Shown: positions 17,106 to 26,060, counted from the first letter of the stretch. The stretch is DNA of 64,000 nt from an uncultured Planctomycetales bacterium (GCA_964556925.1 CAZKXY010000002.1:1953-65952); one strand, 5' to 3'. Notes: generated by a model not told the origin, from the letters alone. Numbers and translations: made by a program.

Positions 17106-18670
17106 CGGTCGTGACCCTTGAGCGATTGGGGCAGGCGCTGCACGAGATCCGGCAGCGGTGTCCTGATCTGCCGCTGTTGGCGATCCGCTGGATGCACATC
17201 AAGCATCCGCTGCATGAGACGCAAGAGCGGCTCTTGCAGCGCGAGGGACACGCGGCGTGGCAGGTCGCGGCCTGGCGGGGTCGTCTGACGCGTGTCCGCC
17301 GGCTGGGGCAGTGCGTGGTGTACGCGTGCCTCGTGAGCGTCCGGCTCGCGCGGATGCGTTGGCTGGTGCGGCGGCAGATGGCCATGCTGGCACGCCGGCC
17401 GTTTGATGTCCTGGCCAGGACGTGGTGCTTCGGCACCGAGCGGCCGCACGATGATCGGGACTTCTACTATGGCGACCTCCAGCAGCGGCTGGCGCAGCGG
17501 AACGTCCAGATGCTGCTGCTGTGCGGCGATGTCTCTGGGAAGGTTCGGGGCGGGTTTGCCAGGGGCCAGGTGGCCGTGTCGCCACTCGCCCGGATGCCGG
17601 ACCTGTGCCTTGTGCATCCGCTGGCCCCATTCCACATGATGGCCAAGCAGCTGCTGACGTGCTGGAGGCTGTGGCGGCTCCGGCGGAAGGAAGCGGATCC
17701 GTTGATCCGGGCGATCCTCGCGTTCGCCGGCCGCGATTGCCTCGCCCCGGACACGGCGCTGACAGGCCTGTTGTTCTGGGTCGGGAGGGCCGCCGCCCGC
17801 ACCTGGGGCCCCAAGGCGGTCGTGACGTTCTATGAAGGCCAGGCGTATGAGTCCTGTCTCTGGCGGGGCGTCAAAGCGGCGCAGGCGTCCTGCCAGACGG
17901 TGGGGTATCAGCATACCGTCCTGCTGCGCCACAACCTCGCGCTGCTGGGCGCCGAGGATCGTCGAGCCGTCGTCGCGCAGCCTGACGTCGTGCTCTGTCT
18001 CGGGCCGGAAACCCAGGCCATGCTCCGGCCCAGCCATCCGCGCGCGAAGCTCGTGGTGTTCGGGACGTTCCGGCAGCTGCCGGACGCAGCGCAACGCCAT
18101 GCGCCCCGCCCGCAGGTCCGGGTGGCGCTCGTCGTGCCGGAATCGGGCCTCATCCCTGAGTCGCAGGCGCTCTTCCAGTTCACGCTGCGCGCGGCCCGCG
18201 CCCTGCCTGACTACCGGTTCCTGTTCCGGTGCCACCCCATCATGCCGTTCGCCCGCCTGCGCCCGCTGCTCCCGGAGCCCCCCGAGGAGCTGCCCAACTT
18301 GGAGGTCTCGCAGACCGCCTCCATCGCGGACGACTTCGCCCGCTCGTCGGTGGTGCTCTACCGCGGCTCCTCCTCGGTCCTCTATGCGGTCCTGCACGGG
18401 CTCAAACCCGTCTACGTCCGCCTCGCCCGCTGCCCGGACGGCGACCCGCTCTTCGAGCTGGACGGGTGGCGGGAGCGCGCGTCCTCCGTCGACGAGCTCG
18501 CGCAGGTGTTGCGCCGCTACGCGGCGGTCGCTGCGGAGGACGCGCGGCGTCAGTGGCGCGACGCGGCGCGCTATGTCGAGCGCTACACGACCGCGGTGAG
18601 CGAGGCGTCCGTGGAGGCGTTGTGCTCCGCCGTCGGCCTGTCATCGGCTGGGGCCCCATGCGGTGCCTGA
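17102..18670 (+). CDS. uncharacterised surface-carbohydrate-locus protein, paralog A (of 53441-55036)
   Basis: Collinear similarity to 53441-55036: LERLGQALHEIRQRCPDLPLLAIRWMHIKHPLH vs LERLAEVLATVQRQCPELAVLAIRWMHLRHPLH; DFYYGDLQQRLA..LLLCG in both; GYQHT in both. ATGA overlap with the upstream gene. Confidence 0.4.
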   Translation: MTVVTLERLGQALHEIRQRCPDLPLLAIRWMHIKHPLHETQERLLQREGHAAWQVAAWRGRLTRVRRLGQCVVYACLVSVRLARMRWLVRRQMAMLARRPFDVLARTWCFGTERPHDDRDFYYGDLQQRLAQRNVQMLLLCGDVSGKVRGGFARGQVAVSPLARMPDLCLVHPLAPFHMMAKQLLTCWRLWRLRRKEADPLIRAILAFAGRDCLAPDTALTGLLFWVGRAAARTWGPKAVVTFYEGQAYESCLWRGVKAAQASCQTVGYQHTVLLRHNLALLGAEDRRAVVAQPDVVLCLGPETQAMLRPSHPRAKLVVFGTFRQLPDAAQRHAPRPQVRVALVVPESGLIPESQALFQFTLRAARALPDYRFLFRCHPIMPFARLRPLLPEPPEELPNLEVSQTASIADDFARSSVVLYRGSSSVLYAVLHGLKPVYVRLARCPDGDPLFELDGWRERASSVDELAQVLRRYAAVAAEDARRQWRDAARYVERYTTAVSEASVEALCSAVGLSSAGAPCGA

Positions 18671-19677
18671 TTTTCGGCTACGGCTATATGGGCCAGATCC
18701 GGTACCGCGCCTTGCGCGGCCATCCACAGGTGCGGGACATCAAGATCATCGATCCCGCGGTGGATCCGGAGGCCTGCGGGCTGGACGGGATCGTCTTGCC
18801 GGCGGAGGCGCAGGTCCCGTGGGACGCCGTCGACGCGGTGTTCGTCTGCACGCCGAACCACGTCACGCCCGAGCTGTGCATCGCGGGCCTGACGCACTGC
18901 GGCCGGGTGTTCTGCGAGAAGCCCCCGGGGCGGAACTGGGACGACTTCTGCCGCATCGCGGACGCCGCCGAGCGCGTCCCCAGCTCCACGCTGATGTTCG
19001 GCTTCAATCACCGCCTGCACCCCTCGGTCCAGGCGGCCAAGGCCATGATCGGGGACGGCGGGTTGGGCGAGATCCTGTACGTCAAGGGCACCTACGGCAA
19101 GTCGGGGGGGACCCGGTACCGAGAGGGCTGGCGCAGCAAACCCGAGGTGGCCGGCGGGGGCATCCTGCTCGACCAGGGGATCCACATGCTTGACCTGTTC
19201 CTCATGCTGCTGGGCCCGCTCACGGTCGTTGACGCGGTGCTGGTCGACGCGTTCTGGGGCTTCGGGCTCGAGGACAACGCGTTCGTGCTGTTGAAGTCCG
19301 AGCGCAACGTGCCCGCGTTCCTGCATTCGTCCGCGACCCTCTGGAAGCACACCTTCCGCCTGGAGATCGGCTGCCGCAACGGCTACATGACCGCCAGCGG
19401 CCTGCTGTCGCAGACCGGCAGCTACGGCCGCGAGCAGCTCGTCATCGGCAAGCGCCAGTTCGAAGACGAGGCCTTGGCGCTCGGCAACCCGCGGGAGGAG
19501 ATCATCCATTTTGACCGGGACGAGTCCTGGGATCGGGAAGTCCAGGAGTTCCTCGCCGCCATCACAGAGGGCCGGCCGGCGGCCCACGGCACCCTCGAGG
19601 AGGCGCGGCGCGTGATGGAGCTCGTCCGGGATATCTACGCGGTCTCGGAACGGCATGTGGCCGCGAGGAGGGCCTAA
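18658..19677 (+). CDS. Gfo/Idh/MocA-family NAD(P)-dependent oxidoreductase (no. 1)
   Basis: MRCLIFGYGYMGQIRYRAL (N-terminal Rossmann), VFCEKPPG (EKP motif), and a C-terminal alpha/beta domain. Confidence 0.75.
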   Translation: MRCLIFGYGYMGQIRYRALRGHPQVRDIKIIDPAVDPEACGLDGIVLPAEAQVPWDAVDAVFVCTPNHVTPELCIAGLTHCGRVFCEKPPGRNWDDFCRIADAAERVPSSTLMFGFNHRLHPSVQAAKAMIGDGGLGEILYVKGTYGKSGGTRYREGWRSKPEVAGGGILLDQGIHMLDLFLMLLGPLTVVDAVLVDAFWGFGLEDNAFVLLKSERNVPAFLHSSATLWKHTFRLEIGCRNGYMTASGLLSQTGSYGREQLVIGKRQFEDEALALGNPREEIIHFDRDESWDREVQEFLAAITEGRPAAHGTLEEARRVMELVRDIYAVSERHVAARRA

Positions 19678-19682
19678 GAGCC

Positions 19683-20675
19683 ATGTGGTCCATCGAGACC
19701 GATCACGTCGTCCCGCTCTGCTTCGTCAAGCCCTTCGAGCAGCTCATGCCCTATCGCGAGCGGTGCCTGACGGAGGCGCGGCAAGCCGCTCGAGCGGGAA
19801 CCCGACGCCGGGAGCGGTCGCCCGTCACGGGCGCCGCGCTCCAGCCGCTGGGGCAGGTGGAGGGGTTCGAGTACCTCCGATGCCCTGACACCGGCAGCGT
19901 GTTCCTGGCGGAGCTGCCCCCCTCGGCCACCTGGATCGAGGTCTTGGGCGCCGTGAACCGCACCCGGCGTTCCGCCGAAACCTTTCACGCGGGCATCGCG
20001 GAGCAACGCCAGGAGCACGTCCACAGCCCGAAGCTGGAGTGGATCCGGAGCAGCTTGCGGATGCAGGGCATGGCCCGGCCGGCCGCGCTGGAAGTCGCGA
20101 CGCCGCCGAGCGAAGCCACCAGGCTGCTGGAGGACTGCGGCGCGTTTTCCCGCGTGACGACGGTCAATGAGATGGAGCTGGCCGCGGGACGGCGGCCGAC
20201 GGGGCTCGACGGGATCGGGGCCGCGGTGCTGTTTGAATCGCTGGACCGGGTCGACGACCCGGCCTCCCTGCTGGAGGCGGTCCGGGGCTGTCTCGCGCCC
20301 GGCGGCCTGCTCTTCGTGACGGCGCTGGTGTGCTCGGGATTTGACGTGGCGGTCCTGGGCCTGCGCAACGTCTACCTGTACCCCCCGGATCGGACGAACT
20401 GCTTCAGCCTCAGCGGGCTGGAAGAGCTCTTGCGACGGGCGGGGTTCGCCCTGCTGGAAGTGAGCACGCCCGGGGTGCTGGACGTCGAGATCGTGCAGGC
20501 GCATCTGCGCGCGGATCCGTCGCTGCCGCTCTCGGACTTCGAGCGGCAGCTCCTCGCGGCGGATGGCCAGACGCAGCAGGCCTTCCAGACCTTCTTGCAG
20601 CAGCACCGGATGAGCTCGTTCGCGCGCATCATCGGCAGGACACGGGAAGGGGACGGCCACAGGGAGGGGTCATGA
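19683..20675 (+). CDS. class-I methyltransferase-fold protein with degenerate SAM motif I
   Basis: AAVLFESLDRVDDPASLLEAVRGCLAPGGLLFVTA matches post-II/III methyltransferase motifs. The expected GxGxG motif I is replaced by LEVATPPSEATRLL. Confidence 0.4.
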   Translation: MWSIETDHVVPLCFVKPFEQLMPYRERCLTEARQAARAGTRRRERSPVTGAALQPLGQVEGFEYLRCPDTGSVFLAELPPSATWIEVLGAVNRTRRSAETFHAGIAEQRQEHVHSPKLEWIRSSLRMQGMARPAALEVATPPSEATRLLEDCGAFSRVTTVNEMELAAGRRPTGLDGIGAAVLFESLDRVDDPASLLEAVRGCLAPGGLLFVTALVCSGFDVAVLGLRNVYLYPPDRTNCFSLSGLEELLRRAGFALLEVSTPGVLDVEIVQAHLRADPSLPLSDFERQLLAADGQTQQAFQTFLQQHRMSSFARIIGRTREGDGHREGS

Positions 20676-22234
20676 TCGAGCCGCAGGAGTTCCGCGTGCT
20701 GGTGGTCTATCCAAACCTCAGCATGATGCTGACGCCGTCCTATGCGGTGGCCTTGTTCACGGCCATCCTCAACGAGCAGGGCTATCGGGTGGAGCTGTTC
20801 GACTGCACGCCCTACCTGGCCAAGTATGAGTTCTTGCACGAGCCGCTGCCCGTCACGCGGGCGAACAAGCTGCTCAACAGCCGCAAGTTCGACGCGCTGT
20901 CCCTCTGGGGCGCGCCCAAGACCGACCTGGCGGGGGATTTCGCCAAGGCGCTGGACCGCTACCGGCCGCATGCGGCCATCTTCTCCACGCTGGTGGAGGA
21001 CACCTGGCCGCAGGCCAGGGAACTGCTCGATGTCCTCGCCCACTACCCCCAGATCAAAACGCTCATCGGCGGCGTGTTCTCGACGATGGCCCCGCAGGTG
21101 GTGAGCGAAGCCCCCCATGTCCAGTGCCTGGGGCTCGGGGAGGGGGAAGCCACCATCGTGGAGTTCTGCGAAACCGTCCGCCACGGAGAGGCGCCCGCCC
21201 ATCTGCAGGGGACCTGGGTGAAGGATCAGGACGGCGTGGTGATCCCCAATCCGCCGCGGCCGCTCGTCGACATCAACCGGGTGATTCCGGACTTCTCGCT
21301 CTTTGACGAGCGCCGGTTCCTCCGCCCCCTGGGGGCGCGGATCTGGAAGGCGATCCCGCTGGAGACCTATCGGGGCTGCCCCTACACGTGCACCTTCTGC
21401 AACTCGCCCACCCAGGTGAAGCTGGCCAAGGAAAAGCAGCAGGGCTTCTTCCTTCGCCGGAAGACCATGGAGACGCTCCGGCGGGAAATCCGGACGATGA
21501 TCGAGCGGTACGAGCCGGAGTTTTTCTACATCAATGATGACGCGTTCCTCGCCAGGCCGAAGGAGGAGGCGGCGGCGTTCGTCACGATGTACGAGGAGTT
21601 CAAGCTCCCGTTCTGGTTCCAGACGCGCTTCGAGGACATCGACGCCGAGAAGCTGGAGTGGCTGGCGCGGGTCGGCTGCTACCGGATCTCCTTCGGGCTG
21701 GAGCACGGCAACGAGCGGTACCGGCAGGAGAAGCTGCGGCGGAAGATGACGAACGCATTCATCCTCCAGCAGTCCAAGATCGTCGCCGCCTCGGGCATCC
21801 CCTATACGCTGAACGTCCTGGTGGGCATGCCCTATGAGACCCGGGAGCTGCTGTTCGACAGCATCCAGCTCGTCCGGGAGATCGGCACCTACGACGCGCT
21901 GAGCGTGAACGTGTTCGTCCCGTACCACGGCACGCCCTTGCGCGAGATGGCGATCCGGGAAGGGTGGCTGGACCCGGCCCTCCAGACCACCTCGGTGATT
22001 TCGAAGTCGCTGCTGACCATGCCGAAGCCCTATCTGCAGCCTGATGAGATCCTCGGCTTGCAGCGGACCTTCCCCCTGTACGCGAAGCTGCCGGCATCCC
22101 GCTATCCGGAGATCGCGCGGGCGGAGCAGTTCGACGAGGAGGGCGAAGCGCTCTTCGAGGCGCTCTCGCGCGAGTTCTACCAGCTGGTCTACGGGAAGGA
22201 CGAAGCGGAGCGCATGCTCACCTACGCCGGATGA
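20672..22234 (+). CDS. B12-binding-domain radical SAM enzyme (no. 3)
   Basis: FRVLVVYPNLSMMLTPSYAVALFTAILNEQGYRVELFD (B12 domain) and YRGCPYTCTFCNS (CX3CX2C). ATGA overlap with the upstream gene. Confidence 0.85.
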   Translation: MIEPQEFRVLVVYPNLSMMLTPSYAVALFTAILNEQGYRVELFDCTPYLAKYEFLHEPLPVTRANKLLNSRKFDALSLWGAPKTDLAGDFAKALDRYRPHAAIFSTLVEDTWPQARELLDVLAHYPQIKTLIGGVFSTMAPQVVSEAPHVQCLGLGEGEATIVEFCETVRHGEAPAHLQGTWVKDQDGVVIPNPPRPLVDINRVIPDFSLFDERRFLRPLGARIWKAIPLETYRGCPYTCTFCNSPTQVKLAKEKQQGFFLRRKTMETLRREIRTMIERYEPEFFYINDDAFLARPKEEAAAFVTMYEEFKLPFWFQTRFEDIDAEKLEWLARVGCYRISFGLEHGNERYRQEKLRRKMTNAFILQQSKIVAASGIPYTLNVLVGMPYETRELLFDSIQLVREIGTYDALSVNVFVPYHGTPLREMAIREGWLDPALQTTSVISKSLLTMPKPYLQPDEILGLQRTFPLYAKLPASRYPEIARAEQFDEEGEALFEALSREFYQLVYGKDEAERMLTYAG

Positions 22235-22249
22235 CCGAGGAGCCGGGGG

Positions 22250-22864
22250 ATGACTGACGCATTTCTGTCCCGGCATTTCGCCGAGGCGGCGGAGATCGCC
22301 AGGCGGCTGGACGTCGCCGTCGTGGAGCGGATGGTGGAGCGGCTCGTCCGGCTGCGGGAGGAGGGCGGACGGCTCTTCCTCTGCGGCGTCGGCGGCAGCG
22401 CCGGCAACTGCTCGCACGCCGTCAACGATTTCCGCAAGCTGGCGGGGATCGAGGCGTACAGCCCCGTGGACAACGTCTCGGAGCTGACGGCGCGCACGAA
22501 CGATGAGGGGTGGGAGACGGTGTTTGCGGAATGGCTGAAGGTGAGCCGCGCGTGCGAGCGCGACGCGCTCTTCATCCTGTCGGTCGGCGGCGGCAGCCGG
22601 GACCGGCGGATCAGCGTCAATCTCATCGCCGCCGTCGATGAGGCGAAGGCGCGCGGCCTGGATGTGCTCGGGATCGTCGGGCGCGATGGCGGCTACACGA
22701 AGGAGCGGGGCGATCTCGTCCTCGTGATCCCCACGGTGAACGAGCGGTCGGTGACGCCGCACACCGAGGCGTTCCAGGCGGTGGTGTGGCACGCGCTGGT
22801 GTGCGACCCCCGGCTCATGCGCTACGGGAATAAGTGGGAAACCGCGATGGCGGCGCACCGCTGA
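22250..22864 (+). CDS. SIS-domain sugar-phosphate isomerase (GmhA-like)
   Basis: LFLCGVGGSAGNCSHAVNDFRK and ILSVGGGS are typical of phosphoheptose-isomerase-type SIS domains. Confidence 0.7.
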   Translation: MTDAFLSRHFAEAAEIARRLDVAVVERMVERLVRLREEGGRLFLCGVGGSAGNCSHAVNDFRKLAGIEAYSPVDNVSELTARTNDEGWETVFAEWLKVSRACERDALFILSVGGGSRDRRISVNLIAAVDEAKARGLDVLGIVGRDGGYTKERGDLVLVIPTVNERSVTPHTEAFQAVVWHALVCDPRLMRYGNKWETAMAAHR

Positions 22865-22871
22865 GGGAGCG

Positions 22872-24659
22872 ATGAGCGCGCATCACAAGGCGCCGGGATC
22901 GATCGCGCTGCTGATCGTGGCGATGAGCGCCCTGTTCTCACTCGCCATGTTTCGCGGCCTGGAACACAGCGCGGGCTACGGGGGGAGCGTATACCAGGTG
23001 TTGCACCCGGGCAGTTTTCCCGGCGACCGGTTTATGTCGCTCTTCCGTCCAACGATGGTGTCCGCCTATTATCTCCTGGTCAAGCTCGTGGGGGACGTGT
23101 GGTTGGATGACCGGTTTACCATCGTCGTGTTCGCCGCCCTTGCCGTGCTGGCGCTGGCCGGGGTGGACAAAACCGTCCAGCTCTTGGGGGGAAGGCGCAC
23201 CGGCGAGCGCGTCGCCATGCTGTCGTTGATCTTCGTGGCCCATCGGGTCCTCGACAACCAGGCGCAGCTCCTCGGCTCCGAGTTTAACGCGACGCTCTTC
23301 TCCAGCCCCCTGAACATCTGGCTGCTGTATTGGTGTCTCGCGGGTCCGCGGCCGCTGGTGGTGATCCCGTTGATGGTCCTGATCCTCTCCCTCTCTGTGA
23401 AAAACGGCTGGCTCCCTTGCCTCATTACCGGAGTGCTGCTCTGGAAAGAGCGATTGCGGCCTCGGGGTCAAGTGATCGCCGTTGCGGCCACCGGGCTGCT
23501 TGGGGTGCTCGCGTGGCTCGGCTATGCCGCGTTCCTGCGGCGGCCTGATGGCACCGATGTCGCGCTCTTTGATTATCTCCATCGCGAGCTGGAGAACGCT
23601 GAAGCCGATCCTTTTCTGAACCCCTTGGCCGCCAACTTGGTGTTCGTGGGTCTCTGTCTGGCAGGGATGATGGTGAAAGGCCTGCCGGATGCCGTCTCGG
23701 TCAGACTCCGGATCCTGGCCGGCACGGGGCTTGCGGTGTGGTTGGCGGGAGGGCTGTACCTTTCCTCTGCACCCGATCCGATCAAGATCCCCTACCTCGT
23801 CCCCCTTGACGTGACGAGGGCCTTGTGGTGGATCCAGTACGTGATGGGTGCAGCCCTTGGCGTGGCGCTGCTGAAGTGGTTGCAGCGCACCGCCTCCAGC
23901 GCAGGCGTGTGTGTGGCGTGGGGGCTGCTGATGGGGTTGTATCTGGTCCATGAGACGTTTCGAGCGAAGCTTGCCGCGGTGGTGGCCGTGGTCACCCTCG
24001 TGATGGTCGGGATGGCGTGGCGGCGAAACGTGTCAGACACCCTTCGACCTGTCGTCTCGCCGCGGGAAAAGTGCCTGGCACGTTTTGCTGGCCTGCCTGG
24101 CGTGTTGTCGGCCCGCACACGGCTTCGGATCGTGGCGGTCGCGATGTGCCTCGGGACGCTGAGTCTCTATAGCGTTGGCATCGTGCACCGCCGGTGGGAC
24201 GCCCTGGCCTTCTTGGTGCGCCACGGCATCGTGGGGGATAACAGCGGGGCCATCTGGGTCGAGGTCAATCCGTACATCCGGGAGCACACGCCTGCCTCCG
24301 CCACGGTCTTCGCGCTGGCGAGCCGAAACGCGCTCGGGGAGCCATGGGGCCTCCGGTATGAGGGCTCGTTGCGCAACCGGACAGGCCGGTCGATGCCGCT
24401 GGGCTCTGCCTCAGCGTTTTACGTTGACTACCAGGACGTCCAATGGCTCAAAGCCCAGCGCCGACATGTGCAGCTCGTGGTTGAGGCGTGGGAGCTCCAG
24501 GACCTTGCGGGCGTCTCGACGCATCTCGCGGCACTCGGATCCCCGGATTACCTCGTCGTTCCAATCGAGGAGTCTGCGTGGTTGCGCGAGCAACCGGATT
24601 TTGGCTATCAGTTTGAAACCGCGCGCGGAGCCTACGGCATCTTCCGCAGACGCTCATGA
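22872..24659 (+). CDS. polytopic membrane protein, paralog 1 (putative polymerase / GT-C-like)
   Basis: Many hydrophobic segments. Collinear with 26787-28535: MFRGLEHSAGYGGSVYQVLHPGSFPGDRFM vs MFRGLEPTSGYFGNAYQALHPDSFPDDPFM; YLLVKLVGDVWLDDRFTIVVF vs YLLVKLVGERWLDDRVTFVVF. Soluble C-terminal domain. Confidence 0.5.
   Translation: MSAHHKAPGSIALLIVAMSALFSLAMFRGLEHSAGYGGSVYQVLHPGSFPGDRFMSLFRPTMVSAYYLLVKLVGDVWLDDRFTIVVFAALAVLALAGVDKTVQLLGGRRTGERVAMLSLIFVAHRVLDNQAQLLGSEFNATLFSSPLNIWLLYWCLAGPRPLVVIPLMVLILSLSVKNGWLPCLITGVLLWKERLRPRGQVIAVAATGLLGVLAWLGYAAFLRRPDGTDVALFDYLHRELENAEADPFLNPLAANLVFVGLCLAGMMVKGLPDAVSVRLRILAGTGLAVWLAGGLYLSSAPDPIKIPYLVPLDVTRALWWIQYVMGAALGVALLKWLQRTASSAGVCVAWGLLMGLYLVHETFRAKLAAVVAVVTLVMVGMAWRRNVSDTLRPVVSPREKCLARFAGLPGVLSARTRLRIVAVAMCLGTLSLYSVGIVHRRWDALAFLVRHGIVGDNSGAIWVEVNPYIREHTPASATVFALASRNALGEPWGLRYEGSLRNRTGRSMPLGSASAFYVDYQDVQWLKAQRRHVQLVVEAWELQDLAGVSTHLAALGSPDYLVVPIEESAWLREQPDFGYQFETARGAYGIFRRRS
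24026..24086 (-). repeat. 61-bp double-palindrome repeat unit, inverted copy, embedded in-frame in the membrane-protein CDS
   Basis: The reverse complement AAAACGTGCCAGGCACTTTTCCCGCGGCGAGACGACAGGTCGAAGGGTGTCTGACACGTTT matches 45576-45636 at 53 of 61 positions (hand alignment, no gaps). The palindrome centres are 41 bp apart. Confidence 0.8.
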
Positions 24660-25429
24660 CGACGAAGCTGTTTCCCTCGGACGGTCCGGTGTTCGGCGCC
24701 TGGACCTCCCTGGGGCACCCCTCGATCACGGAGCTGCTCGCGGCCTCCGGGGTGGAGTTCGTGGGGATCGATCTGGAGCACAGCACCATCAGCCAGGAGC
24801 AGGCCCAGCGCATCATCGCGGCCGCGCAGGCGGGCGGCGTCGCGTGCCTGCCGCGGGTGGCGTCGCACAACGGCGAGCAGATCAAGCGGCTGCTGGACTC
24901 CGGGGCCGACGGCGTGATCGTGCCGAACGTCTCGACCCGCGCCGAGGTCGAGCAGGTGGTCGCCTGGTGCAAGTACCCGCCGCTCGGCGCGCGCAGCTAC
25001 GGGGTGGCCCGGGCGCAGGGCTACGGCGCGGCGTTCGAGGCGTACGTCGCGAGCTGGAACGAGCGGTCGACGATCATCATCCAGATCGAGTCCGTCAGGG
25101 CGGTTGAGGCGATCGACGAGCTGTTGGGCGAGGAGGCGGTCGACGGCGTGATGATCGGCCCGTACGACATCTCCGGCTCCCTGGGGATTCCCGGCCAGCT
25201 TGGGCACCCGCGCGTGACAGAGGCCTGCGCGCGCGTCATCGAGGCGTGCCGGCGCCGCCGCAAAGCCTGCGGCACCCAGGTCATCGAACCGGCCGAGCCC
25301 GCGGTGGCGGCTGCGCTGGAGGCGGGCTACACCTTCGTCGTGCTCGCGTCGGACGTGTTTGTCCTCTGGAAGTGGAGCGAGCGGATGCGCCAGGTGACCG
25401 AGGCCCTTCGTCATGTCCGAAGCCGCTGA
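24656..25429 (+). CDS. HpcH/HpaI-family (class II, pyruvate-dependent) aldolase
   Basis: GAWTSLGHPSITELLAASGVEFVGIDLEHS, VIVPNVSTRAEVEQVV and IIQIES match the HpcH/HpaI aldolase pattern. Confidence 0.75.
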   Translation: MTTKLFPSDGPVFGAWTSLGHPSITELLAASGVEFVGIDLEHSTISQEQAQRIIAAAQAGGVACLPRVASHNGEQIKRLLDSGADGVIVPNVSTRAEVEQVVAWCKYPPLGARSYGVARAQGYGAAFEAYVASWNERSTIIIQIESVRAVEAIDELLGEEAVDGVMIGPYDISGSLGIPGQLGHPRVTEACARVIEACRRRRKACGTQVIEPAEPAVAAALEAGYTFVVLASDVFVLWKWSERMRQVTEALRHVRSR

Positions 25430-26060
25430 CCTCGTCCGCGGGGCGCGCGCCCTGGTGCTCGATTTCGACGGGACGCTGGTCGACTCGAACCCCATCAAGC
25501 GCCGCGCCTTTGAAGCCTGCTTTGCGGAGTGTCCGCAGCGCGACGAGATCCTGGCGTACTGCTGGGGCAGCCACCACGCGCCGCGGTGGGAAAAGTTCCG
25601 CCATGTCTACGAGCAGATCCTGCGGCAGCCGTATACCGAGGCGCGGGCGGCATCCCTCCACGAGCGGTTTGAGGCCGCGACCACGGCGCAGATCATCGCC
25701 GCGGCCGAGATCCCGGGGGCCACGGCGTTCCTGCGGCGCGTTCACGGCCGCTACCTCGTGGCGGTGCTATCCAGCACGCCGGATGCGGTGCTGCGCGAGA
25801 TCCTCGCACACCGCGGCTGGCAGGACTGGTTCGACGTGGTGCAGGGTGCGCCGGTCCACAAGGCGTCGTGGCTGACGGCCTTCCGCGAGCAGCAGGGGCT
25901 TGACCGCCAGAGCCTGGTGTTCTTCGGGGACACGCTGGAGGACGCCGCGGCGGCCGACGAAGCCGGCTGCGCCTTCATTGCCGTGGGCGAGCCGGACGGC
26001 CCCCTGGGAGGCCGCGCGGTGCCCAACTTCATGAGCATGCTCCGCGATGACGATCGATGA
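25413..26060 (+). CDS. HAD-superfamily phosphatase
   Basis: Motif I ALVLDFDGTLVDS (DxDxT) and C-terminal FFGDTLEDAAAADEAG (motif IV). Confidence 0.75.
   Translation: MSEAADLVRGARALVLDFDGTLVDSNPIKRRAFEACFAECPQRDEILAYCWGSHHAPRWEKFRHVYEQILRQPYTEARAASLHERFEAATTAQIIAAAEIPGATAFLRRVHGRYLVAVLSSTPDAVLREILAHRGWQDWFDVVQGAPVHKASWLTAFREQQGLDRQSLVFFGDTLEDAAAADEAGCAFIAVGEPDGPLGGRAVPNFMSMLRDDDR

Noticed and set aside
22872-24659. Lower G+C of membrane-protein paralog 1 relative to paralog 2 as evidence of separate horizontal origin.
   Set aside because: Hand counts of individual 60-nt lines ranged from 57 to 67 % for paralog 1, against about 67 % for the single line counted in paralog 2. The difference is too small and too noisy to support a claim without a proper computation.
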